NCBI GenBank assembly: GCA_030428385.1
Contig: JAUIDY010000013.1
Span: 5,583 to 69,582 of the forward strand
DNA from: Rhodothermia bacterium
Lineage (GTDB): Bacteria; Bacteroidota; Rhodothermia; Rhodothermales; JAAAOL01
Direction of reading: 5' to 3'
DNA length: 64,000 nucleotides
Part shown: piece by piece, positions 1 through 9,256 of the stretch
Layout: every line of letters starts with the position of its first letter
How positions within the stretch are numbered: position 1 is the stretch's first letter
Notes under the pieces: generated by a model
Database searches by the model: none
The model's input: the letters and a program-made list of their open reading frames with translations, nothing else
What the model was told of the DNA's origin: nothing
Position numbers and translations under genes: made by a program

Positions 1-1197
1 CAGCCGGAGCACGCCATGTGGTGCTGCGTGGGCTCGGGCATTGAGAACCACGCCAAATACGGCGAGATGATCTATTCCCATCGCGGAAATGATCTCTTTG
101 TTAACCTCTTCATCCCTTCCACGCTCGACTGGCAAGAACAGGGCGTCCGCCTGCGTCAAGAGACCCGTTTTCCCGACGAAGAAACAACCGTCCTCACCAT
201 CGAGACACCCGGCGCGTTTGCCCTATACCTCCGCCATCCATCCTGGGTGAACGCTGGTGCCATGCAGGTAACCATTAACGGAACCGCCCAGCCCGCTGAG
301 CCAGCTTCGAACGGCTTTGTCCGCGTGGCGCACAACTGGGAGGCTGGCGACGAAATAAGGGTCACGCTCCCCATGCAGACGCAGTTGGAGCAGATGCCGG
401 ATGCGTCGAGCTACTATGCGGTGCTCCACGGCCCGATTGTGCTCGCGGCCAAAACAGCACCGTTCGAAGGCGAGCAACTCGGATTTTTGGCCGACGACAG
501 CCGCATGGGACATGTCGCCCAAGGTCCGCTCTGCCCTCCTTCAGCCGCTCCGGTCTTTGTTGGTGAGCCGCAGGCATTTTTAGCCTATCTTGAACCGGTT
601 TCGGGTCAACCCCTCGCCTTTCGTGCCCCCAACGGCCTACGCGGGACAGATGAATCCCTCACCCTCATCCCATTTTTCCGGCTTCATGACGCTCGGTACG
701 TTGTCTACTGGCCCCACGCCACTCCTGAGGAATATGAAGTCACCCAACAAGCCATAGCCGAGCGAGAACAAGAACGGCAGGAATTGGATGCCCAGACCGT
801 TGACCTCGTGATTCCGGGTCAGCAACAGCCAGAAGTGGAGCACGGGTTTGCGGGCGAGAACACGGAGTCGGGCTACTACCGGGGCCGCCACTGGCGTCAT
901 GCAAGCGGGTGGTTCAGCTACCGCCTCGCCGACCCCAATGAAGAAGCGGCATTCCTCCGCGTGACCTACTCGGGCGCCGACCGGGGCCGAACGTTTGACC
1001 TCACCATCAACGGCGTGCTGATAGAAACGATCACCTCCACCGGCCACCCGGAAACCTTTTTCACGGTCGACTACCCCATACCGCCCGAAGCACGCGCCGC
1101 CGCCGAAAACGGCCAACTGGTGACGCGCTTCGAAGCACACCCCGGCTCAATGGCAGGCGGCGTGTTTGAGGTACGGCTGATGAAGGCCCCAGAATAG
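1..1197 (+). CDS. Glycoside hydrolase, GH127/GH146-like (DUF1680, beta-L-arabinofuranosidase-like), C-terminal part; 5' end outside window
   Basis: Frame 1 is open from base 1 (track ORF 16..1197). The WCCVGSGIENHAKYG Cys-Cys segment and the C-terminal region are recalled from DUF1680 hydrolases. Family assignment is from memory only. Confidence 0.55.
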   Translation, partial: QPEHAMWCCVGSGIENHAKYGEMIYSHRGNDLFVNLFIPSTLDWQEQGVRLRQETRFPDEETTVLTIETPGAFALYLRHPSWVNAGAMQVTINGTAQPAEPASNGFVRVAHNWEAGDEIRVTLPMQTQLEQMPDASSYYAVLHGPIVLAAKTAPFEGEQLGFLADDSRMGHVAQGPLCPPSAAPVFVGEPQAFLAYLEPVSGQPLAFRAPNGLRGTDESLTLIPFFRLHDARYVVYWPHATPEEYEVTQQAIAEREQERQELDAQTVDLVIPGQQQPEVEHGFAGENTESGYYRGRHWRHASGWFSYRLADPNEEAAFLRVTYSGADRGRTFDLTINGVLIETITSTGHPETFFTVDYPIPPEARAAAENGQLVTRFEAHPGSMAGGVFEVRLMKAPE

Positions 1198-1222
1198 CAG
1201 GGTCGAGAGCGGGGCGTTCTAC

Positions 1223-2557
1223 TCACACGATCCACGGAGCGCGCATCTCGCGAGTCAGCAGGCTGGATGCTTCTTCGTCGCCCACAATTTTTTCTTTGGC
1301 CGGATCCCAGGTCAGCGAGCGCCCGGTACGCATGACGATCTCCGAGAGCAGGCAGATCGTTGAGGAGCGGTGCCCGATTTCGATGTCACAGATGGGGCGG
1401 GTGCGGTTTTTGACGCTGTTCAGGAAGTCGCGGCGGTGGTCGTCGCTGCGGTACAAGTGCGTATCGCTGGGTTTCATTTCCACACTCAGCAGGCTTTCGT
1501 CGGAGGCCCAGATGTCGCCCCGGCTGACGCCCACCCAGCCTTCGGTGCCTACAAACTGCACCATGCCTTCGTGGGGGCCTTCTTTTTTGATGACGGGAAT
1601 GCCACTTTCGTAGATCAGCGTCAGTTCGTCTTCTTCGCCTTCTTCCGCAGAGAGCACATGCAGCGGGCCGGTATGGTCGGTACCAAGGCCCCACTGTGCG
1701 ATGTCGTAGTTGTGCGCGCCCCAGTCCGCCACATGCCCTGCCGAATACGGCCGCCATGCCCGCCACGCACCTTCATCGGTGCGGTACGCCCCACTCACCC
1801 GCGCAGCGGTGTAGGGCGCTTGTGGAGCGTTGCCGAGCCAGAGTTCGTACAAGAACCCATCGGGGATCGGCTCTTCCCCATCCGGGACAGGCTTTGAGAT
1901 GCCACCCACGCGGGAATAGACTTTCTGAATGTCGCCGAGGTAGCCGTTGCGGGCGAGTTCACAGGCATGACGAAAGCGTTCGTCGGAGCGCTGCTGGCTG
2001 CCCGTCTGGAACACCACGTCGTATTTGCGTACAGCATCCACCATCTTGCGCCCTTCATAGATGGTGCGCGACAGCGGTTTCTCGCCGTAGATGTCTTTGC
2101 CCGCCTTCGCCGCCGCCACCGTCATATAGCCGTGCCAATGATCGGGTAGCGCCAGACATACCGCGTCGATGTCGTCGCGTTCGAGCAGTTGCCAGAAGAA
2201 CTGATACGCATCGCACCCGCTGTAGCTTGCCGCCCCTGCGCCATCGGCATAGGTCTCATTGACGTACTGCTGCGCAGGCTCCCACCCTTTCGCGTCTTGC
2301 CCGGCGTAGTTTGTCCCCGAGCGGTTTACGTCGCACACGGCCACCACCTGCACATCTTCCTTTGAAATGAAGCCGCGCAGGTTATTCATGCCCATGCTGC
2401 CCATCCCAATAAATCCCATGGTGATGCGGTCACTGGGAGCCGGACGGCGGCCCCGGCCCAACGCCGAGGCAGGAATGATGGTGGGCAGTGCGGCTGCGCT
2501 GGTGGCGAGCGCCACGCGTTGGACAAACTGACGGCGGTTAAGGGAGCGGCTAGACAT
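1223..2557 (-). CDS. Gfo/Idh/MocA family oxidoreductase with twin-arginine (Tat) signal
   Basis: N-terminus MSSRSLNRRQFVQRVALATSAAAL (RRxF Tat motif). Rossmann segment ITMGFIGMGSMG and the EKP motif (GEKPLS) are present. ATG at 2557 is preferred over the track start at 2590. Confidence 0.85.
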   Translation of the reverse strand: MSSRSLNRRQFVQRVALATSAAALPTIIPASALGRGRRPAPSDRITMGFIGMGSMGMNNLRGFISKEDVQVVAVCDVNRSGTNYAGQDAKGWEPAQQYVNETYADGAGAASYSGCDAYQFFWQLLERDDIDAVCLALPDHWHGYMTVAAAKAGKDIYGEKPLSRTIYEGRKMVDAVRKYDVVFQTGSQQRSDERFRHACELARNGYLGDIQKVYSRVGGISKPVPDGEEPIPDGFLYELWLGNAPQAPYTAARVSGAYRTDEGAWRAWRPYSAGHVADWGAHNYDIAQWGLGTDHTGPLHVLSAEEGEEDELTLIYESGIPVIKKEGPHEGMVQFVGTEGWVGVSRGDIWASDESLLSVEMKPSDTHLYRSDDHRRDFLNSVKNRTRPICDIEIGHRSSTICLLSEIVMRTGRSLTWDPAKEKIVGDEEASSLLTREMRAPWIV

Positions 2558-2683
2558 GACAGGAACCGTGTTGCGTGAGGAGAAAAACAACGCATCACAA
2601 CGGTGGCGGGCGATGCTTGACGACCAACTTATACCTTCTCCGTGGGAAGATCAAGAAGGATTGATAATCCAGCGCAACACACA

Positions 2684-2718
2684 GAAAAAGGGTCCTTCGC
2701 CAAGCTGACAAAGGACCT
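2684..2718 (-). terminator. Intrinsic terminator-like hairpin after the cyclophilin gene
   Basis: Stem GGTCCTT (2691..2697) pairs with AAGGACC (2711..2717). On the minus strand it is followed by CTTTTTCTGTG. It lies 35 nt downstream of the stop at 2753. Confidence 0.55.
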
Positions 2719-2752
2719 TCCGTGCAGAATGTTGTGACTTTGCCCGGTGCTG

Positions 2753-3679
2753 CTATTCCTGATAATCAGCGAGCGGCGTCACGGTCATCCGGATCGGATC
2801 GGCGGGATGATCCACCAGCGCGGGGTGCACCCGCTGGCCTTGGGCACGGGGCGTAGGCGTATCAGCGATGGCATCCAGCACGGCTTCTCCTTCCACCAAT
2901 TCACCAAAAACGGTGTATTGCGCATCAAGGAACGGCGTGCCGCCCTGGTTCATGTAGGCCGCGCGCGCCTCAGGGCTAAAGGTAAAGTTGGGATCTTGAA
3001 TGCTCTGCCGCACCCGCGCCTGATGCTCGTCCAGTTCGCTTTCACTCCACGGCGTGCCCTGCACGATATAAAACTGGCTGCCGCTAGACCGCCGCTCAGG
3101 GTTCACCTGATCGGGCTGCCGGGCCGCCGACAACGCGCCTTTCTTGTGGAATAGTTCGGGCCTGAACTCCGCAGGGACCGTGTAACCGGGGCCTCCTTGC
3201 CCGTCGTCCATCGGGTCGTCGTCTTTCGAGTTCGGGTCGCCGCCCTGAATCATGAAGCCTTTGATAATGCGATGGAACTGTGTGTCATCCAGTGTGCCTT
3301 CGGCCACCAGCTTCTTAAAGTTATCGCGGTGCTGAGGCGTTTCGTCGTACAGTTTTATCACCATGCGCCCCTGCGGCGTTTCGATGGCATAGTAGTTGGT
3401 GGCGGGCAAGCCTTCGACGCTTTCTGTGTTTTCTCCCTCTGCCTCGGCAACCGGTTCGGCGGCGGGTTCTGCATCAGGTGCCCCTTCTTCCTCATTCTCT
3501 TCCACCACATTTGTCCCTTCGCCTTCCGTTTCCCCCTCGTTTGCGCTCGGTGCTGTGGCCTGCGGCGCAGCGGATTCTTGCGGATCTTCAGCCGTGGTTG
3601 CCGGAGCGTCCGAGGCCGACTGTTGACATCCAATAAAAAGCCCTCCTGCCAGGAGTACCATCACCAAAACACGTAGCAT
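2753..3679 (-). CDS. Cyclophilin-type peptidyl-prolyl cis-trans isomerase lipoprotein with long acidic linker
   Basis: Lipobox MLRVLVMVLLAGGLFIGCQQ. About 90 aa of Glu/Ala/Pro-rich low complexity follow. Cyclophilin motifs FHRIIKGFMIQGGDP and GSQFYIV are present. ATG at 3679. Confidence 0.9.
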   Translation of the reverse strand: MLRVLVMVLLAGGLFIGCQQSASDAPATTAEDPQESAAPQATAPSANEGETEGEGTNVVEENEEEGAPDAEPAAEPVAEAEGENTESVEGLPATNYYAIETPQGRMVIKLYDETPQHRDNFKKLVAEGTLDDTQFHRIIKGFMIQGGDPNSKDDDPMDDGQGGPGYTVPAEFRPELFHKKGALSAARQPDQVNPERRSSGSQFYIVQGTPWSESELDEHQARVRQSIQDPNFTFSPEARAAYMNQGGTPFLDAQYTVFGELVEGEAVLDAIADTPTPRAQGQRVHPALVDHPADPIRMTVTPLADYQE

Positions 3680-3698
3680 AACGTTCTGCTGCTTTAGG

Positions 3699-4088
3699 TT
3701 ATTCAATAACAAGTTCGAGTTCGTCAAAATAGCGAAGGACCGCGATTTGCAACAGGGTCTCCTGTTCGTCCACGGAAAGCCCGGTGGGCATGTCCATTTT
3801 TCGTTCCCACACCCAACTGCCGTCGCGTTCCATCCCTGCTGGTTCGTAGATGCCCAACGTAGCAAAGACACAGTACGTGCCTTCCATGATCAGGGCTTGT
3901 TTGTTGTCCTTTTCTAACTCGGGCTCGAAGCCCCGTCCCCGCGACTGTATGCCGATCAGAAACAAGATGCTTTCCATGCTCGGTTCCCGCCCAAACCGCT
4001 CCTGCACCCACTCCTGCAAGACGTGCCACCGAGGAGCCACATCGGGTGTTGCGTCGAGCAATGAACGAAGAGGATGGGGTTCTGTCAT
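3699..4088 (-). CDS. Hypothetical protein (about 130 aa)
   Basis: ORF with ATG at 4088 (MTEPHPLRSLL...). It sits 19 nt upstream of the cyclophilin gene on the same strand. Composition looks coding. No domain recognised. Confidence 0.5.
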   Translation of the reverse strand: MTEPHPLRSLLDATPDVAPRWHVLQEWVQERFGREPSMESILFLIGIQSRGRGFEPELEKDNKQALIMEGTYCVFATLGIYEPAGMERDGSWVWERKMDMPTGLSVDEQETLLQIAVLRYFDELELVIE

Positions 4089-4367
4089 AACATCGTCAAA
4101 CCAAAGCGCCGAGCAACGAGTCCATGCGGTTCTTAGAAACGGCCCGGTACGCTGAATCGGCGCTGCGCCAGGCTCTTTTTGACCCACCGGCGTCTGTTTT
4201 CTCGACCCCTAGCGCTGCTATGGGCTTCAAAAATGCGTCCGTCGTTGGATCTGAAATCCCTCAGGCTCGCTTTCCGACTGACATACCAGACCGTTTCTAA
4301 ACCGTCGGTTCTACGTTTGCTCGGCGTTTTGATTCCTAATACTGCTTCTTTTTGATCCTCGGGGTTA

Positions 4368-4970
4368 TTAATCCAGCCATTGGGCAGCTTCTTCGAGCAG
4401 GACTTGGTGGTGGGTATGCAGGAGCCGGGCAATAACATCGCCCAGGGTCCGCACCGCACTGCCTCGGGGACGCCCGCTCACCAGCGTCTTGGTCCAAGTC
4501 AACCCCGTCTCGAGCGCTTCGAGGGCCTCCGACAGGGCAAACCACCACGACGTAGCCGTTCCCGACTGTGATGCCGCGGGCGTGGCCAGATCAAGCATAT
4601 GTTCTCCTTTGGCACGCACGGCCTGGTGCAAAGCTTCAGCCGTGGCCTGCATGGTTTGCGCCATGTGTGCCAGTTTTTCTTTTTGGGCCAGCGAAAGCGC
4701 TGCATCAGCAGCCTGCTGCTCCTGCTGCCCAATCGTAAACAGCATCTGAAGCGTGCTGACCACCACCGCCTGAAACGCCACTTTTTCGGCGTCGGGGTGG
4801 CGGGCCAAGGAGCCAATCACCAAGGCGTAGGTGGAATCGGCAGGAAGAGGAGCAAGATCTATAGTGGAAGGGGACGCAACGTCCCGTGAAAGTTTCAAGC
4901 GATAGTCAGGGCGGCTGTTAGCTACAGTCTGCCACCGACGAAAGAGAGACATGGTGTCTGTCTCGTCCAT
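4368..4970 (-). CDS. Hypothetical helical protein (200 aa)
   Basis: Longest ORF in the interval with a Gln/Ala-rich helical sequence. No motif recognised. Confidence 0.45.
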   Translation of the reverse strand: MDETDTMSLFRRWQTVANSRPDYRLKLSRDVASPSTIDLAPLPADSTYALVIGSLARHPDAEKVAFQAVVVSTLQMLFTIGQQEQQAADAALSLAQKEKLAHMAQTMQATAEALHQAVRAKGEHMLDLATPAASQSGTATSWWFALSEALEALETGLTWTKTLVSGRPRGSAVRTLGDVIARLLHTHHQVLLEEAAQWLD

Positions 4971-5160
4971 ATAAAGGTACCGGATGTTCGTAGGTCAATG
5001 AAGAAGGGGACGGGGCGCTAGGTTGTTGGTTTTGCACCCCTTGCCTTCTGGCCGCGCAAACAGTCCGCTATTCCGAAGGTTCCACCGTGAAAATCCGATG
5101 ATGTAGTCGTCAAACAACGATGAGAAAACGGGGAAAGGAACGGTTTTCCTCGTGCTTCTC

Positions 5161-6060
5161 TCAAAACATCGGGTCCCGTGGCTCCACGGCTTCATGCAGT
5201 GCATCCAGGACGGCCTGCGCCGCTTCGGCTTGAATTTTCCCCCCGCGCAGCGCCACCCGCACGGTTTCGGCCCCCAGAGCCGCGTACACGGGCAATAGAT
5301 GCGGCAGGTACTGTTGCAATGCTTCGATATGCCCCGCCACGGTTTCGTCATCGCCTCGGGCAATCGGACCTGTCAAGACATTCTCGGGCAGCTGTTGCTG
5401 CAGGTTTTGCCACGTCCCTGCCACCAACGGACGAACCAGGGCGCTCCCCTGCTGCCGCTCTATCCCCGCATCGCTTAACACTTCCCCAACCAGCGCCATC
5501 AGGGTAACCAGATAGTTCGATGCCATAGAGGCGGCGAGGTGATAGCGCATTTTGGCCTTGGGATTCAGCACCAGCGACCGTGCCCCCAGGGCGCGGGCCA
5601 AGCGACTGCCTGTTTTCACCGCCTCCGCATCGCCTTCGAGCGTCACATAACACCCCTGGAACACGTCGGGGGTACTGATGCCCGTGAATGTTTGCAACGG
5701 ATGAAAGCTGCCCACGGCGGCCCCCCGTTCTGCCAGTGGAGCAAGTACCCCTGCTGTTAGCGCCCCCGACGTGTGCAACACCACCCCCTCTTCCCATGAA
5801 GTTGGCAGTTGGGCGAGTTGGCGAGCGACACGGGCCAGGGCATCATCGGGCACGCAGCAAAAAACCACGGGCGCTCCGCCACCCTCCCAGTCCGCAAGGG
5901 TTCCCGCCTGATGTGCCTCAACCTGAGCGGCCAAGCGCTCGGCGGCGGCGGATCTTCGGCTATAGATTCCCTCCATCACATACCCGGCCTGACGCAACGC
6001 CTGCGCCAGTATGGTACCCAAGGCACCGGCACCGATCAGGCGTATGGCCGGACGTTTCAT
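5161..6060 (-). CDS. Rossmann-fold NAD(P)-binding protein, DUF2520-like
   Basis: N-terminal IRLIGAGALGTILAQAL (GxGxxG). Length and C-terminal helical domain resemble the Rossmann-like/DUF2520 family. Confidence 0.6.
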   Translation of the reverse strand: MKRPAIRLIGAGALGTILAQALRQAGYVMEGIYSRRSAAAERLAAQVEAHQAGTLADWEGGGAPVVFCCVPDDALARVARQLAQLPTSWEEGVVLHTSGALTAGVLAPLAERGAAVGSFHPLQTFTGISTPDVFQGCYVTLEGDAEAVKTGSRLARALGARSLVLNPKAKMRYHLAASMASNYLVTLMALVGEVLSDAGIERQQGSALVRPLVAGTWQNLQQQLPENVLTGPIARGDDETVAGHIEALQQYLPHLLPVYAALGAETVRVALRGGKIQAEAAQAVLDALHEAVEPRDPMF

Positions 6061-6125
6061 GAGGGAAGCGAGGACGGGTTCAGGTCACAACGCTCCATAA
6101 TCCGAAAACGCAACGGTAAAAGCGA

Positions 6126-6902
6126 CTAATTTCGCCAAAGGGCGGCACTAAAAGCCCCTCGAAAGCCCTCTCCGGGACGTTCAGCCGTCAGGATGCGCGC
6201 TTCATGATTCGTCCGGTGCATACACGCCAGCAACGCGACCAGTAAGGCCCCTTTGCCATTCACCTGGACCTCTCCGCTGTTGAGCAGGCTCATGAGCCGC
6301 GACACATCCTGCGCCTCCACCAGGGCACAAAACGTGGCGTAGTCTTCTTCCGAAGCAGCCACTACATCCGCAGCAGCAATGACCAACGCCCGCCGGTTGT
6401 ACATCACCTCTCCGACGGCCTGCCCCAGTTCTCGGCAAAAGGCCGGCGACTCTTCTCCCATCACAACCGGGACAATGTCAAAGTCGTCCAGGACCGTTTG
6501 AAGGTACGGCACCTGCACATCGATGCCTTCTACGTGGAAATGCCCTTCATCGCTCACAAAAATGTCATCGTCTTCATCGCACAGTTCATGCCGGACGCCA
6601 TCACTCACCTGAACGTCGCCCAGGGGGGTGTGGTAGGTATCCACGCTGCAAATGTTAATGCGGGCCGAGGATCCACCGTGGCTGGGACCAATCAGGATCA
6701 CGGTGTCATAGTGTCGTCCTTGCAACAAGGCATACGCCTCGGCAGCGGCGGCTCCGCCCTGCAATTGGTTGGAGGCAGGCACAATCAGCGCCGTGATGTC
6801 CCCCTCAAGGACATCGGGAGAGGCGGCATTTAAGTTGGCCGCTATTTGCGCCTGCAACGGGCGCGGCTGCGTCGGGTAGACGCGGGGTTCAGTCAAGATC
6901 AT
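6126..6902 (-). CDS. MEMO1-family protein (AmmeMemoRadiSam system protein B-like)
   Basis: LIVPASNQLQGGAAAAEAYALL and TVILIGPSHGG segments are typical of the Memo/AmmeMemoRadiSam-B family. ATG at 6902. Confidence 0.7.
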   Translation of the reverse strand: MILTEPRVYPTQPRPLQAQIAANLNAASPDVLEGDITALIVPASNQLQGGAAAAEAYALLQGRHYDTVILIGPSHGGSSARINICSVDTYHTPLGDVQVSDGVRHELCDEDDDIFVSDEGHFHVEGIDVQVPYLQTVLDDFDIVPVVMGEESPAFCRELGQAVGEVMYNRRALVIAAADVVAASEEDYATFCALVEAQDVSRLMSLLNSGEVQVNGKGALLVALLACMHRTNHEARILTAERPGEGFRGAFSAALWRN

Positions 6903-7191
6903 GGGTAAACAAACAACGTGAGAAGGCACACCTTATCTACTGCGTCAGAACACGCCCGAGCGGGTCATTATCCTGAATGGAAGCGCTTCCAAGTGGTAAT
7001 TCCCGCCAGAAGCGTTGTTCTTCCCTGCAATTCTCATTCCCGGAAGCGGTTCCACCTTCAGTGAGATAAAAAAGAAGATGGGGGTAGTCGTGGTGTTTCA
7101 AGACGAACCGAACGGCGGTGAAGTCGTAATGGTTATTCCAGCGCTACCGAAGAGGGTACAGCGCCTTACATGGATCATCCTTTGTGTCCTT

Positions 7192-8847
7192 ATGTCGGAC
7201 TCGGTATATGATTATGTGATTGTTGGCTCGGGATTTGGCGGCAGCGTTTCGGCCCTCCGCCTGACCGAAAAAGGATACCGCGTGCTGGTGCTGGAGCGGG
7301 GCAAGCGGTTTCAGGACGCCGACTTTGCCAAAACCACCTGGAACATCCACAAATACCTGTGGGCCCCGGCACTCGGTTGTTTTGGGATCTTGCAGATCAG
7401 CCCCTTCAAAGATGTGATGGTGCTTCATGGGGCAGGCGTAGGCGGCGGCAGCCTGGGCTATGCCAACGTGCTCATGCAACCCGAGAAGGAAGCCTTTGCC
7501 ACCGCTGCCTGGAAACATCCGATTGATTGGGGCACCACGCTGCAGCGTCATTACGACACAGCCACCTTTATGCTGGGTGTCACGTCCAACCCCCGCCCCT
7601 CTCCCGCCGACGAGGTGATGCAGTCTATTGCCGAAGAGCGTGGCTTTGCACAAACCTTCCGCCCAACGCCCGTGGGTACCTTTTTCGGGACGCCCGGCCT
7701 CGAAGGCGTGGAGGTGTCCGATCCGTACTTTGACGGCGAAGGCCCTTCCCGGCGAGGATGCTTGCACTGCGGGGCCTGTATGGTGGGCTGCCCACACAAT
7801 GCCAAAAATACGCTGGTCAAAAACTATCTGTACCTGGCAGAAAAGTGGGGTGCTGAGATCCGCGCCGAGCGCGACGTGCGTGACATCCGTCCCCTGCCTC
7901 CGAGCGAAGTGGATGGGGCCCGCTATGAAGTTCACCACCGTCGCTCCACACGGTGGGGCCGCCGCCAGGAAACCGTCCGCGCACGCAATGTGATCGTGTC
8001 TGCAGGCGTGCTGGGGACCCTCAAGCTGCTGTTCCACACCCGTGATGTGTCTGGCTCATTGCCAAACCTGTCTTCGAGACTGGGCGATGTCGTGCGCACC
8101 AATAGCGAAGCCCTGATGGGGGTGGTCGCCCGTGATGGAAACACCGATTACTCTAAAGGCATCGCCATCACCTCCATCTTTCACGCCGACCCCGTCACTA
8201 CCATCGAGCCGGTGCGTTATCCGGCAGGCTCCTCGCTGATGCGGCTGTTGTCAGGCCCCACCGTGCACGCGAAGTCGTTGTTGGGCCGGCTGGGCCAGTC
8301 GGTGCTCGATGTGTTTCGGAGACCGGGCGACTTTGCCCGCACCCATTTCTTACCCCAATGGGCCGAGCGCACCACCATCGTTTTGGTGATGCAGACCGAG
8401 GACAACAAGATTCGCCTTCAACCGGGACGCAACGTGTACACCGGTTTTCGGCGAGGACTTACCTCGGAGGTGGACCCGGAAGCGCCTATTCCCACCCGCA
8501 TTGAGGCGGCGCATGAGGTAACGCAGCGATTTGCAGAAAAAACAAATGGCATTCCCAATGGCGCGATCACCGAAGGCCTGCTCAACACCCCCGTGACGGC
8601 CCATATTCTCGGCGGTTGTCCATACGGTAGCGATGCAAACGAGGGTGTACTAGATGTGGGAGGACGGGTCCACAACTACCCCGGCTTGTATGTCATCGAT
8701 GGGGCGATGGTGCCTGCCAACCCCGGCGTGAACCCCAGCCTCACCATCACCGCGATGGCCGAACACGCCATGAGCCTGATCCCTCCGAAGGCCGGTGCCC
8801 CACAACGGAGTGCCATCGGCGTAGCAACCGAACCAGCCCTTGTGTAA
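7192..8847 (+). CDS. GMC family FAD-dependent oxidoreductase (cholesterol-oxidase-like)
   Basis: YDYVIVGSGFGGSVSALRLTEKGYRVLVLERG FAD fingerprint. C-terminal HILGGCPYG and VIDGAMVPANPGVNPSLTITAMAE. ATG at 7192. Confidence 0.85.
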   Translation: MSDSVYDYVIVGSGFGGSVSALRLTEKGYRVLVLERGKRFQDADFAKTTWNIHKYLWAPALGCFGILQISPFKDVMVLHGAGVGGGSLGYANVLMQPEKEAFATAAWKHPIDWGTTLQRHYDTATFMLGVTSNPRPSPADEVMQSIAEERGFAQTFRPTPVGTFFGTPGLEGVEVSDPYFDGEGPSRRGCLHCGACMVGCPHNAKNTLVKNYLYLAEKWGAEIRAERDVRDIRPLPPSEVDGARYEVHHRRSTRWGRRQETVRARNVIVSAGVLGTLKLLFHTRDVSGSLPNLSSRLGDVVRTNSEALMGVVARDGNTDYSKGIAITSIFHADPVTTIEPVRYPAGSSLMRLLSGPTVHAKSLLGRLGQSVLDVFRRPGDFARTHFLPQWAERTTIVLVMQTEDNKIRLQPGRNVYTGFRRGLTSEVDPEAPIPTRIEAAHEVTQRFAEKTNGIPNGAITEGLLNTPVTAHILGGCPYGSDANEGVLDVGGRVHNYPGLYVIDGAMVPANPGVNPSLTITAMAEHAMSLIPPKAGAPQRSAIGVATEPALV

Positions 8848-9256
8848 GCGCTGGCTACGTGTTGTCGCAGCAGCATGGAGAGCCGAAAACAGCATCAGGA
8901 CATCAATGCGATGGGGGAGAAATTAAGTTGAGCACAAATCCTATTTCAGAACGCTCTCGTCTATTTCTGCGCCACTTCCCGTTGTACCGCTAGCTCGGCA
9001 TGCACCCGCTTTGCGTTCCCATCTTGACGCAGGCAGCGTAAAGTGATATTATGAGTCCCCGTTTGTTTGTATTGGCAGACATGGACATTTGATTGGCATC
9101 GCCCTTTGAGCGTCGTATGTTCGTGCGGAGACGCGTTTAGGACCCTCACTGTCCTTTCAGCCTGCCTCACCTACCAACGGGTACCTGCTGCCTTACACAC
9201 GGCCCTGCCCCCTTCCCACTGATTCGGCACCCAAAGCCCCTTCAATCCCACCGCCC

